A program made the translations under genes and the position numbers. 64,000 bases of DNA, taken from the NCBI GenBank assembly GCA_001244265.2, contig LN717261.1, forward strand, positions 868,001 through 932,000, written 5' to 3'. This document shows, one piece after another, positions 1 to 16,755 of the stretch. This stretch comes from Microbotryum violaceum (Eukaryota). The notes beneath the pieces are model-generated. The model was not told where the DNA came from. It ran no database searches and saw only the letters and a list, made by a program, of their open reading frames with translations. Position 1 is the first letter of the stretch, and the number at the start of each line of letters is the position of its first letter.

Positions 1-644
1 GCCGTGTGTTGGACTCCGTTGAATGGTTCGTTCGTTCGCGTTGGTCAAGATCTACGGCATGGCTCGGGAAGGAAGGTCGCTCGTTTCTGGTCAATATCCT
101 CGCGTCAAGGCGAGGCTCGTTTCGTTGTACTGGATCGCTTTTCTCTCGGCCCCGACGGCTCAACAGCCAGCACTCGAGATTCAGCCAAGGGAGGACATCA
201 GGCGCTGTCGGGGTGACGAGTAGCTGGGGCTTGGCTGCGGCCTGTTAGTCCCTGGGGACCTCTACCTCCGGCTTCGACCCCCTCCCTGGGCCCCTCGGGT
301 GTGTTCCCCTCCTTTCTGCCTTAGTATTCCTGGTTCTCCGTGTTTCCAGTCGTGACTTTCTGTATATTCTCCCCCTTCTTTCTCTAGGCGCTCTTGCCTG
401 GTTTTCGAGTATCTTCGCTCCCGCTTTTGGGACGTGAAGCGGCGGCAGTATTCACCGCCCGTTGGAGTCCGCGTTAGGTGCTCGGCGGGTTTTGATCTGC
501 GCAGCGCTCTTTGCGCGCAGGGGTTTGACTTTCACCCAACTGCTTGCCGTCGTTGCTTTATAATCCCTTTTAGCTCTTTTGTAGCGGTCCCAGCCAACCC
601 GAAGGATTGCAATTTATGAGCCCCAGTCAAAAAAAAAAAAAAAA
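1..644 (+). mobile_element. 3' end (3'UTR and poly(A)) of a probable non-LTR retrotransposon, truncated by the window edge
   Basis: No credible ORF. A pyrimidine-rich tract (~305-430) and a GC-rich self-complementary segment precede A16 at 629-644, which abuts LINE A. The layout matches the 3'UTRs of LINE A and B but the sequence differs. Confidence 0.5.
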
Positions 645-683
645 CTTTACTTCACTTCACTTCACTTCACTTCACTTCACTTC
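645..683 (+). repeat. (TTCAC)6 microsatellite at the 5' end of LINE A
   Basis: Read directly: ctttac followed by ttcac x6. Confidence 0.95.
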
Positions 684-739
684 GAAATCGCCCTACCGCA
701 GTCTTCGATACTCGAGTTAACAAGTGATACACCGACAAG

Positions 740-2972
740 ATGTCTACAGGAGACCCTGGGTCCCCACCGCCGGCACCGCGACCCCCGGTGTCCGCCACCG
801 GCGACCAGATCCCGATAAGCTCGAAGAAGACCCAAGTCACGGGCCCCGCCACCGCCGCACCCAACTATGCCGCCGCTGCGAGTCAGGCGACTCAGTCACC
901 TGAACAACAGCAACAACAACAACAGCGTGCCAAGGCTCTGGGCAGCCTCCTAAAAGCCATGGGTGCTGTACCCGGAAACCGCATGGATCGTTGGGTCCAG
1001 GCCATCTACTTCGCCGAACTCTACCCCGTCGCCACCGCCACATCGCTGAAATTCTCGGCCTTGAACGCGAACCGGTCTGTTGAGAACATCTTTGATTACG
1101 CCCTTGAAGTGACTCTGTCTCACCAGAGCGCCTCGCGAGCGTCTCATGCCGACAAGACCGATCTCGTGGCCTGCGTCACGAGGCTGTTATCGCCGATCTC
1201 TCCTATCTGCTTTGAGCCTGGAGTTCCTCTGCCGGACCACCTTGCAGCCTATCGACCACAGATCCTAGGCGTACAACATTCATCAATCCTGCGTAATGGG
1301 GCGGCTCACCATCGCGTTACGGTTGGGTTCGTCACCGGCGAGGCACGTGACGCTGCGCTTACGACGCCCCCTGCTCTCACTTGGCGATCGGCGAAGGCCC
1401 GCTTCGCGAAATCTCACAGGTTCCACCATAACATCGTCGAGCTTCGAATCAACGTCGGTGTTCAAGGAGTGCCTTCCATGGATGCCATCATCAAATCGTT
1501 CCAATTACTAGTACAGGACTTGTCAGGCAAGGGACATTCGTGCCAACTTGTGCAGGTTCTGCGCATTATCAGCGTGGACAACGCCTCGGCCTTTGCCCAC
1601 GTTGCCGGAGACTACTCAGCTTTCCTACACTTCGATGACGACTCCCTGTTCAAACGCCCTAACACGACCTTGAAAGAGATCCTACCTTCGAGAATCGGCC
1701 TTCCCACTCGAGGCATCCCCGTCACCGCCCTTCGCCATGACTATGAGAAGGAGGCGGCTTGCGGTAGGTGCCACTTCGTTGGTCACGTGGGAACCTGCGG
1801 ACTGGATCAGGAGAGCAAGCGAAAGGAGGCTCACAACGGCAACGGCAACGGCAACACTAACGCCAACAAGAACACCATCACCAACGACACCAACATTGTG
1901 GAGGCCGAGGCCCCCATTCCTGTGCCGGTTGTTAACAGCATCGCATCACAGAATCGCTTCGCCGGGCTCGAGGTTGAGGAGGGACAGGAGGAAGCGGTAA
2001 CTGGCCAGAGCGGACAGGGGCCAGAGGAATCGGGGGAGGAGGACGCTGGTGATAAGGCGGATGACGAGGACTCGGAGGACTCGGAGATGGAATCAGAGGC
2101 GACCGCGAAAACGGAGGTCATCAAACTTAAGAGCGAGGACGAGTCGGTTTTAGAGGACTGCGGAGGATCCGATGGAGAGGTGATTGATGAGGATGAGGTG
2201 ATGGCGGATGGAAGGGGCGAAACAGAAGGCAAGGTGGCGACGGAGATGGAGGAAGAGGAGGTGGCGACGGAGGTGGACGATGTGGACGAGGCAGGGGGAG
2301 CGACGAAAGCGGAGAACGCGGAAGCGACGGACTTAGGGGAGACGAACAGGCTGGACAATGACGACGACAGCGACGCAACAGCAACCGCCGCCACCGCTTC
2401 CCGCGAATCGACACCCCACGAACCAACCCCACCTTTGTCACCCGAAACTCTTGCCAAGTCGCTTCGCGAGGGGGAGGAGTGGGACAGGATCAGAGCTAAC
2501 TGGGTTGAGCAGGCACGACTCGAGCGGGACCAAAGCATCGAGAGAAGGCTCAACGCTGAAACCCCTTTGGTGCGTCACAACTTTGCCACGTGGGATGAGG
2601 ACGGTGAGATACGTTCCATCAATATCAGGGGACCGCTTCGAAGTTCAAAAAGCCGGTAATGAAGAGGTCGCAGACTGCGGCGGACCTCAGTGACCCGAGT
2701 GACGAACCGACCGACGCCAAGCGAGTGATCATCAAAGGGAAGAGCCGCGTCGTTGTCAAGGATGGAACAGAGGGGCGGAGGGTGACGAGGTCGATGTCAG
2801 CGGCGGCGGCGATGCCGGTTGGCGTGACGAAAGTGGACCGAGGGAAAGCAAAGGGGGTAGCCGAGGAGAAAAGATGGTCCGACCACGAGCCCGAGGACGA
2901 TGTCCTGCCCGCCCTCCCCTCTTTGAGGACGTCACCACCGCCAAGAGCGCTTCGACCTCAACTACCCATTAA
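740..2972 (+). CDS. LINE A ORF1 (gag-like, zinc knuckle [13 protein letters not shown], acidic tract); two -1 frameshifts in homopolymers
   Basis: ORFs 740-2659 and 2659-2979 align to the single ORF1 of copy B if one G is restored at ~2628-2631 and one C at ~2916-2919. The stop is then TAA at 2970-2972. Confidence 0.85.
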
Positions 2973-5900
2973 TGATTAAGCACACCATCATCACCTGGAA
3001 CGTGAGGAGGGGCATGGGGGTCCCGGAGAAACGACGTGACATTTACAACTACCTATCCCTTTTCAAAGCATCGGCCATTCTCATACAAGAGCACTTCATC
3101 AGACCGCACCTCTGGCAACTCATCAAGGACGAGTACAAGGGCAAGCTCTTCATCAACCAACATTGTCTGACTCTAATTTCGGCTGACTCCCCCTGATCGA
3201 CGCCGAGCTCTTGCGCACCCACTCGGCACTCGACGGCCGGCTCCTCGTCACGTCCTTTCGTCTGCGGGGCGACATCAAAATTCTAGAAATCAACAACGTT
3301 TACGCGCCCGTTGACCCAAAGCAACGAGCGAAATTCTTTGAAAAACTCTTATTTCACAAAACACAGAAATCCCACCTCCGACTCCTTGGCGGTGATCTCA
3401 ACGACTGCCCGCGCCCAGAAGTCGATCGGCGGAACCAAAGTCGGCGCGGCCACCACTGGCCAATCCTGATCGGCAAGCTCGACTCGGCCTACACGGACTG
3501 CATCCGCTACAAACACCCCATCACCCCATCCTTCACTCGACCTAATCCCAATCGCAAGCGACCCAACTCCTTCTCCCGGCTTGACTACTTTCTCCTGCAA
3601 CGGACACACCAAAAAAGACTCGATCAGGCCTCGACGATCTACGACTATTCCAAGGAGCTTTCCGATCACCGACCGGTCTTGATTGTGCTGGCTCTCTCAG
3701 ACGATCCTGATGCGACCCTCCCACAGCTCAGCCTACCTACCACATCAAACCAACTACATCGAATCAACACCACAACCTTTAAGACGGTGGAATTCCAGCG
3801 GATGATGGAAGGATGGTTGGAAGGGGCAAGCGGGGAGGAACCGGTGGGGGAGCTCGAGGTCATTCTGAAGGCGTGCAGGGATAGGGGTGGGGAGATGGCG
3901 AGGAGGCTGCATCGGGAGCGGACGGAACGGATGGAGTATTTGGTGGGGAGGGTTCAGGATCTGGAGGCGATACCGGAATGGGGGGAGGCGGAAACAGCAG
4001 AATGGACAAGGTCATCCGAGGAACTCAAGCGGGCGGGCGAGGAGCGCGCGCGCCAACTTCGGATCCGAGCCCACGTCCCCGAGATCGCCTCCGAGGAACG
4101 ACTGTCGCGGCCGGTTCACGCCAAGCTCGCGGCGCGGAACTCGGACTCCAAGATCACAGCACTGCGCTTGAGCAACGGAGAGCTAACGCATGACATTGAT
4201 GTCGCTCTTGACCACACGCAGGCGCATTTCCAGCGCCTCTACCACATCGAGCCTCGTGACCCGGACCGCGTCGACCGACTTCGGGACGAATTCCTCGCGC
4301 CGATCAGGGCGGCGCGGACTTGCGACGACCCGCGCTCGGATCCTCTCTTTCTGCGCCGACTCTCAGAATCGCAGATCGACTTACTCCAGCGACCAATCAC
4401 CGAGGACAAGGTCGTGGCCGCGATCGGGACGACGCACCCGGGGCGATCGCCGGGACCGTCGGGCGTGCCCTACGAACTCTACCAGACCGCACCCAAGGCG
4501 TGGGCCAAGGTGCTGACCAAGGCCTACCACGCGATGATAGAGCGAGGCTCACTCTCTCCCAAGCAGGGCCAAGGACTCGTGCGCCTCATCTTCAAGCGAC
4601 ACAAGAAGAATGCCGATCGCGCCGAACTTTCGTCGTACCGGCCGATCACCCTGCGCGAGTGCGATTACAAGATCTTTACCAAGGTCTATGTCGCCCGTTT
4701 GAACCAAATTCTACCCGATCTCCTCCCGCCGCAGCAGCACGGATTCGTCAGGGACCGCCGATCGGCTGACGCTGCACTACACCTTCGTCTCCTGATCGAG
4801 GAAGTTGGCGCGCGCAGGACCGAGTTCCCCGCGGCCGCACTCTTATCTCTTGACCAATCGTCCGCCTACGACCTCGTCGAGCATGCCTGGATCTTTGCCA
4901 TCTTTGACGCTCTGGGCGCTCCTGCCACCTTTCTTCGCGTGCTGAGGATGCTCTACTCGGGTGACTCGACCTCGGCCCGCTACATCATCAATGGGTTCTT
5001 GACGGCGCCGGTACGACTGACGTGTGGGCTCGGCCAAGGGGACCCGGCGTCGTCGTCGGTCTGGGACATCGTGTTCCAGCCGTTTCTGGATGCTCTACAC
5101 CGTCGAAACATCGCGCTGAATCTCTCCATACCTGCACTTCATCCGTACCCACAGAGCCGCGCCATTACATCGCTTGCTTTTGCCGATGACGTTGTCGTCG
5201 CCGTCGCGGGCTTGGGGTCACTCAACTTGCTCGATGACCTGGCGCTCGACTGGAGGCATGCAACGAATGGCCGGCTCAACACGGACAAGACGGTCGTCCT
5301 ACCGATCGGACGCCGCTGGGACCCGGGGCAACGCCCGCTCGTCGTCAAGGCCGCAGGCGAGTCGCTCGAGTGGATCGGCCTCCCATTCGACCCGAGCGGC
5401 GACACCGAACTCGCCTACGCGAATCTCATCGAACGCCTCGAGGCGACGCTGGAAGGGGTTCAGCATCGCTGGCTCACACACCACACCCGTGCCTTTTACG
5501 TCAATCGGTACGCCATCCCCAAGATCCTGCACTTCCTTGCAGCCGACATCCCGCCGCCCGAAGTTGTCAAGAAGCTCAATGACATGCTCGTCGATTTCGT
5601 CCGTGGGGGCAAGGGCAGGACCAGCTACGGCAGAGATATCGTGTTCACAGCCAAGCTCAAGGGGGGACTCGGGGTGATCAGGATGCAGGACGTCGTGGAC
5701 GCGGTTGCGGCACGGATCTGGGACGTTCTTCTCGGCGGTTCGGGCGCGATCTGGCAAGGACTTGCGCGCGCGGCACTCCAGCGAGCTCAGTCCGACCTCG
5801 ACCTGGCCACCAATCTCTGGCCACATCCATCCACTCCCATCCCCAGCGACCTCCTTCCCCGATGGCGAGCAGCATTGGGGGTTCCGAAACAGCAAGACGC

Positions 5901-6989
5901 GCAGGTCAACCCGAGGACCTTGACCACCGCGAACCTGCTCGCGCTTCCCACCTTGCTCGGCAGCCTCCACACGCCCATCAGAGGGAGACAGACCATCGAC
6001 GCGGTTCATATACCTGACTACCTTCGTCTCCAGGGCTACCCGAAGGTGGCGGATCTCTACCGGCGCGAGTTGTATGCGGGTGGGGGGTTTCACCTTTGGA
6101 CGCCGCCGGCGGATGTGCTCGGCGACAACAGCGAGTACGATCGACGCGGGCTCCCGCATCGACTGGCAATCGCGGCCTGGTACCGGTTCACTGTCGATCG
6201 ACACAAGAACACGCCCTTGGCGGTGGCGGTGGCGGCGGGACGGCTCAACGTGCCCCCCGGATCGGCACCAGCGCACCGCTCGAGGCGATTCTCCCCAAGC
6301 CCGTGGCCCGCTTCGCAATGGAGCAGCGCCTTCCGGACCCGGTGCTTCCACAGCAGGCGAGCCAGTACAATCTGCTGAACATGGCTCGACCGTACACCAT
6401 CCGTCGCATCCGCCGGGTCCTGAACGCGAAGGCCTTTACCAACACGCTCGGGCTCAAGGGACCACCGCAGCCGGACGACCTCAGGAGCTTTTGGAAGGCG
6501 GTCAACTCGAAGGCACTGACGGCGAGGGAGAGGGAAGTTTGGTTCAAGCTGATTCTCCGCTTCACCCCGACGCGCAAGCTGCAACACCAACAGAATCACG
6601 ACACTTCTCCCGCGTGCCTCGTCTGCGAAGCGCCGGTGGACGACACCGACCACTACTTTTTCGGCTGCGTTGACTCGCGGAATGTCTGGATCGCGGCAAG
6701 GGGCGTGCTCTGCGACGCACTCGGGTGCGACACGATTGAGGACGCCCAGTACACGACACTGCAACGGCTCTTTGGCCTCCCCAAGCTCAAGGCCAAGCTC
6801 AGCGAACAGGAAGGGGCGGGCAGGACGATCGAGATCTTCACGGGGATGGTTTTGGAGATGATCAGCAGTGGGAGATGGAGGATGCAGAAGCACGGGACGA
6901 GGATGGAAAGCGTGGAGAGGAGGAGAATGATACTGGAGGAGAGGATGAAGTTGAGGACGGGAGGAGCAAGGGGCGGGCGAGGGCAGTAG
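2972..6989 (+). CDS. LINE A ORF2: AP endonuclease, reverse transcriptase and C-terminal CCHC; two -1 frameshifts
   Basis: APE motifs TWNVR, QEH, GDLN, SRLDYF, SDHRP. RT motifs YRPITL, GQGDP, FADD. C-terminal CLVC...HYFFGC. Frame breaks fall in C runs at ~3189-3193 and ~6253-6258. Confidence 0.93.
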
Positions 6990-7653
6990 AGGCTGGGTTC
7001 GATTTCCCCCCCACCACACCCCACACACACACACCATCACGCTTCATCTTCCAACAAAACACTGTATACTAAATATCGTGCTTTCATCTTTCATCTATTA
7101 CAGGTCTGCCTTCGTTGCTCATGGACCGGCTCGCGATTTGAGATTGACTCGACGGTGACTCGCGCTCTTTGGCTTCGGGGTTCTGAGTCAAGGGAGGGAT
7201 CAGCAGACACAGGCGGAAAGTCGGCTTTGAGGGGCCAGGGACTGCTGAGGTGGAGGTTTTGAGGGGCCTCCACCGCGTCTTGTTGTGACCGAGCATAGAC
7301 TTGGGACTTCGCGGGTCAGGGTAGCTGCGCAGTCGCTCTCTTGTCTTTGTCTCGACCGAGTTGGGAAGTGACGGCGGGGTGGGTCTCTTGTCGTTAGTCA
7401 ATTGTTTTTGTACTCTTTCTCTTTCTCTCTCTCATTCGTCTCCTGGGGGGAGCAACCGCTTGGCTCGGGCACTTGAATCCCAAGTATCGGATTGGTGGAC
7501 ACCGGCCCGTTTCTCGCATCTTGCGGGCGGTTTGTGTTATCATCGTCGACTTCCATCTAGTTTTTTCCGTAGGCCAAATAGGGGGAACATGAATTGGGGG
7601 CAATATGATGAACAGTTTCTACAAAAATAAAAATAAAAAATGGGACTAACTTT

Positions 7654-7687
<34 letters not shown>

Positions 7688-7726
7688 TTCACTTTCGAAG
7701 CCGAAATTGCCCCACGCCACACCTTC

Positions 7727-8070
7727 GTATTTTCTAAAATACCAGTTACAGGCACTAAAATTAAAAATCAAGCAAAATAGAAATATGTAGATAAGGCTCC
7801 AATAGTAATAAAAGGCTCTTCAACGTGTTGACTACCAATATACATTAATACAAAGAAGTTGGCCACAAAAAGTCAGAACATGAATCGACTTAGCGGTCTG
7901 AATTGGTTTCCACGAACTCTACTTACATCTAATACTGGCATTAGAAGAAGAATTAATAATGAGAAGAACATACATAGTACTCCAATAATTTTTGAAGGAA
8001 TAGATCGTAAAATAGCATAGAAAGGTAATAAATATCATTCCGGTACACCTTTTATTATCATAATGGGTTA
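7727..8070 (-). pseudogene. cob: NUMT: mitochondrial cytochrome b C-terminal exon fragment plus a short probable intron end
   Basis: With TGA=Trp the minus strand reads [107 protein letters not shown] (PEWY motif). The segment is AT-rich. Confidence 0.97.
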
Positions 8071-8098
8071 CGCCAACAAGTGATACACAGAGAGATCC

Positions 8099-10383
8099 AT
8101 GCAGACCGGCGATCCCGGCTCGGCCCCTGGGGCCAGAGCCCCACCACCGCCGGCGTCCGCGCCGACGAGCCTCCCGATTGCGGGGACGAAGGAGACGCAA
8201 GCCACCCAGGTCGCTGGCCGAACCGCGACCTACGCCGCCGCTACCAACTCTTCAGTGGTCTCGAATGAGACTCCTGCTCAGCAACAAGATCGACTTGCAC
8301 GTCTACAGGCTTTGCCCGGCATTCTGGCGGCAATTCAGGCCGTCCCCGGAAACCGAGCGGACCGTTTCGTTCAGGCCATCTTTGCGACCCCTGATTTCCC
8401 GTCCACGGTTGCTACTGCGCTCAAGTTCTCAGCTCTCAACGCCACAAGGAACATAATCAACCCGTTCGCCAACGCGCTCGAGGTGAGCCTGTCTCACCAA
8501 AGCACGGGGAGGGCATCTGCGACCGACAAAGGGGAGCTCGTTGCGTGCGTACGCACCCTGCTCTCGCCCAACACGCCGATCTGCTTTGACACCGGAGTCC
8601 CGCTTTCTGGTGATCTCGAAGCTTTCATGCCTCGGATCACCGGTCTCCAACACTCATCGACTTTCCGCACCGGGGTCCTGCACCATCGCATCACGGTCGG
8701 ATTCGTCTCGGCCGAGGCCCGTGACACGGCCCTTGCGTCCGCCCCCATGCTCGTCTGGAACTCGGCCAACGCGCGCTTTGCCAAGGCCCACCCCTTCCAC
8801 CGCAACATGCTCGAGATGCGCATCAATGTTGGTGTGGTCAGACCCCCTTCCAAGGAACAGATCGTCGCGGCGTTCCAGTCCATCGTTCAACAGCTCTCCA
8901 CCAAAGGTCACTCGTGCCACCTTGTGCAGGTTTTGCGCGTCATTCACGTCGACACCGCCAAGGCTTACGCCCACACCGTCGGTGACTTCTCGGCGTTCAT
9001 CCACTTCGATGACGCCTCTTTGTTCCAGCACCCGACTACTACGCTCAAGGAGATTCTCCCTTCGAGGATGGACTTGCCCACCCGCGGCCTTGACGTGACC
9101 GTCGTCCGACACGACTACGAAAAGGAGGCACCGTGCGCGCGCTGCCACTTTGCAGGTCACGTGGAGAGGTGCCCCCTGATGCAGGCCGCGAATAGAAAGG
9201 AGGCTGAGGACCTGGCCAGGCACGCGGTGATGAGAGGCGCCGGAATGGTGGGGGGAGGAGAGCAGACAGGAGTGGGTCGAGCGGCCACCACCACCACCAA
9301 CAACATCCGCCCCACTGCCAACAACAACAACACCTCCGAGGTGGTGGCCCCTAGCCGCGCCCTCGGAACCGACCAACTCGAATCGCGGAACCGATTTGCG
9401 GGGCTCGAGGTCGAAGGAGGACAGGAGGATGACATCGAGGAGGAGGTTGCAGGAAAGGAGGGCGAGGAAAAGGAGCAGGTCGAAGAAGGAGACGAGGATA
9501 CGGGCGCCAAGGCGGACGACGAGGATTCGGACTCGGATGGGAACGCCGGAGCGGGCATCGACAAGGCGGGAGGCGACGGCAAGGACGACGACAAGGACAA
9601 CGACGAGCACGACGACAAGGACGAACAGGACGACAGCTCGGAGGGAAGCGAACGAAGGGGGGATGACGTGATGAAAGATGGAGCAGAGGAGGAGGACGAA
9701 GGGATGGAGACGGAGGTGGAAGAAGAGGTCGAACAGGAACAGGGAGTACAGGACGACAGCATCATGATCATCGACGACGGCCAAACGACGATCACCACGG
9801 TTTCCCGCGAGTCGACTCCTCGGAGTCCCTCGTGGCCTCCACTATCTCCGGAGACGTTGGCAAAGTCGCTGCGCGAGGGTGCGGCGTGGGACCGAGCTAA
9901 CGCCGAAGCTGCTGCACGTTTCCAAGCAGAAAAGGAGGCGATCATCAGCGCCCAACTCGACGCGGAGGAACCGCTCGTTCGCCACCAATTTGCAGAATGG
10001 GGTCAGGAAGATGGACAACTGCGATTCATCAACATTCGTGGCACCGGCTCCCGGTCGAACAAGAAGATGAAGAGGTCGCAAACGGTGGCCGATCTCAGCG
10101 ATCCGAGCGACGACCCGGTCGATGTCAAGCGCGTTCTGAACAGGGTCAAAGGTCGAGCAGGAAAGGAGGTAGCGGGTCAGGGGAAGAGGGTGACGAGGTC
10201 GATGTCGGCGGCGGCGGCGGCGATGCAGGTCGAGGGGGCCAAGGCGAAAGCGGAGAAGGGTAAAGGGGTGGAGGAGGAGAAGCGCTGGTCCGACCACGAG
10301 CCCGAGGATGACATTCTCCCCGAATTCCCACTCTTTGAGGACGACACTACCGCCAAGAGCACGTCTACATCGTCTACCCAATA

Positions 10384-10384
<1 letters not shown>
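8099..10384 (+). CDS. LINE B ORF1, intact 761 aa (zinc knuckle [13 protein letters not shown])
   Basis: Uninterrupted ORF homologous to A ORF1. Confidence 0.9.
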
Positions 10385-14419
<4,035 letters not shown>

Positions 14420-16662
14420 AGGCTGGGTTCGACTTTCCCCCCACCACCACCACACACACGCACCAAATTCTCGTGACATCATTTTCTCCTACTGTACACT
14501 AAATAGATCGCTTTCATCTTTCATTTGTTACAGGTTCACCGTTGCGGATCATGGACCATCTCGCGATTTGGCGTCGACTCGGTGTGGCTCGCGCTCTTCG
14601 GCTTCGGGGTTCTGAGTCAAGGGAGGGATCAGCGGACACAGGCAGAAAGTCGGCTTTGAGGGGCCAGGGACTGCCGAGGGGGAGGTTTTGAGGGACCTTC
14701 ACCGCGTCTTGTTGTGACTGAGCAGAGACTTGGAGCGTCGAGGGTCGTGGTGGTTGCGCAGTCGTGGTCTTGTCTTCGTCTCGACCGAGTGGGAAGTGGC
14801 TGTGGGGTGGGCCTTCTGTCGTTAGTACATTTCTTTTCTTTCTTTTTTCTCTTCATCTCTCTTTCTCTCTCTCATTAGTCTCTTGGGGGGAGCAACCGCT
14901 TGGCTAGGGCATTTGAATCCGAATCTCGGATTGGTGGACTTGGCTCGTTTCTCGCACTTTTGCGGGCGGTTTGTGTTATCATCGTAGTCTTCCATCTAGT
15001 TTTTCCGTAGGCCAAAACAGGGGGAACAGGAACTGGGGGCAATATGATGAACGTTTTCTACAAAAAAAAAAAAAAAAAAGCCATGGCGGGCGGACTGGTG
15101 CACGGTCACATTGACTTCTACTACAACATCATCCCATGCAGGCCTTGATCGATGCCTTCGATTGATTATTGCCGCTCACCAACATGAACATGACGATCGC
15201 CGAGCTCCTCGCCTTCGATGTCGCTCCCGCCGACGTGTCTCTTCACATCGAGTTGTCCAAAGACGAGCTCACCCACTACTCGACCTTATCATCTACTCGA
15301 GGCCATTGAGAAGGCAAACAGCTTCTCACGAACAATCGTCTACCAAGCTCAACTATCGAAATTTTGGTCTAAGCTCATGCGTGTTTGGTTCTACACAGCC
15401 CACACACTTGAAACTTCCGCCTCAAGTTGTCGATGCTCGCGATACCAATTTCTCACTGAACTGGCCAACCTGATTGCTCATCAAGCTGCTCATAAGTGTA
15501 GCCACCTCGAGCTGTTCTACTCAAGGGAGGCCGATGGACTCGAGCGACTCAACTCGCGGAGAGGCAGGCGTAGGGGTTAGCAATACAGAGAAAGGACGCA
15601 GTACAACACATTCAAGCGTCTTGAAAGGGTTGGTACAGTCCATGGGACCATCTCGCTGCGAAGACACGGCGGGCACGACGAGGAGCTTGAACGAGATTCA
15701 GAAGAATGCCTATATTGAGGATGGCCGCATTCAAGTGAGTTGTTGCTGGATTTAGGAACGAAGGCAACTGGATCTAATGTTTTGCCGGTCCTAACGTTTA
15801 GGAAAAGCTCCCTGAGAGAGACAAGCAGTATGGAGCGCTAGCACAACGCTATCCTCATTTGGATCGCTTGACGGAGCTGTAACCGCTGCCACACCATTGG
15901 AGATTGGATCTCTGATCTGCTTTGGCCTCAAGTGTGGCATGCATTCACTCAGCTGCGAGCAAACTGTTTATGGAGAAGAAGCGCTGTCTATCGGAATTGG
16001 TACGCGCGTTGTTTTGAGTGGCAGTTGAGAAAGTTCTCGTTTGACACAAGTATTGTGTCCTACAGTGCGACACATCTACAGCAGAGTGACACCAAACCAC
16101 TGCAACCAAGACACGCTCGCCTCGTTGGTTCTACTCTCAAATGTCGTCGTACAGGAGCTTCGCCTCATCAAGAAAACATGCTATTCCACACACCTCATTG
16201 ATGGCACTATGCCGTTCCGCATGATTGATGGTCGACAGGTCATCGAGTCATTAGGCCCGTCAACGACTACATATCGTTCAACCACGGACCTTACCTCGTG
16301 TTACCCGGACGAGCGCCTAATCAGCACGAGCGCACATGCCGAGCAAAGATTTGCCGCCCTTCGGAGCGTGCCCTGCCTGCGAGATGCCGCCGGCAGAACC
16401 TCTACAAGCCGCACAAATGCCACCGCGGAAACAAGGAGCTCAACTTCAGCAAAAAGGAAGTCTGACAACGAAGCAGCGAGCCAGCCAGCAAAGCAAGGAA
16501 GGCTTGTTTGAAGCGTGGAGCCACGCGCAACACCAGCCGAAGCGACGCGCGCCGCGAGCCACTTTCGATAGGCCGCCGCGCGCCCGCAAACGCTCGGAAC
16601 GCGTTTTCGAGGACTTTTAAGCAATGTTTGTAGCATGTAGAACACATTTTGATAATATCTCC

Positions 16663-16755
16663 GAGGCGCATGCGAAATTTTGACATTTTGGGGCCAAAAT
16701 AGGGTAAATACCTTTGACAAAAGGCCAAAAAAGGGCGTTTTTCCGCATGCGCCTC
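16663..16755. repeat. Small inverted-repeat unit (GAGGCGCATGCG...CGCATGCGCCTC); possible MITE or transposon end
   Basis: 12-bp perfect inverted repeat with internal TTTGACA and GGCCAAAA repeats. Confidence 0.5.

Larger units (their letters stand above)
645..7640 (+). mobile_element. Full-length L1/Tx1-like LINE (copy A)
   Basis: (TTCAC)n 5' end, ORF1, ORF2 (APE-RT-CCHC), ~630-nt 3'UTR, A-rich tail at 7623-7640. Confidence 0.95.

Noticed and set aside
645-700. (TTCAC)n as a telomeric repeat
   Set aside because: Short, internal, and the unit differs between copies A and B; there is no evidence of a chromosome end here.
2655-2979. Apparent separate third ORF in LINE A with its own TAATG overlap at 2657-2661
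   Set aside because: Restoring one G in the run at ~2630 reads [16 protein letters not shown], continuous and matching ORF1 of copy B, so the overlap is coincidental.
7600-7625. ATGATGA near the LINE tail as a hammerhead core or snoRNA C box
   Set aside because: No CTGANGA/GAAA core with flanking stems and no paired D box.
1831-9945. Long antisense ORFs over the LINE ORFs (e.g. 1831-2553, 5299-6351, 8654-9784, 9157-9945)
   Set aside because: Shadow frames of GC-rich or acidic coding sequence with no recognisable motifs.
15080-16520. Fragmented ORFs downstream of LINE B
   Set aside because: Looks like decayed coding sequence, but I recognise no motif that supports a product call.
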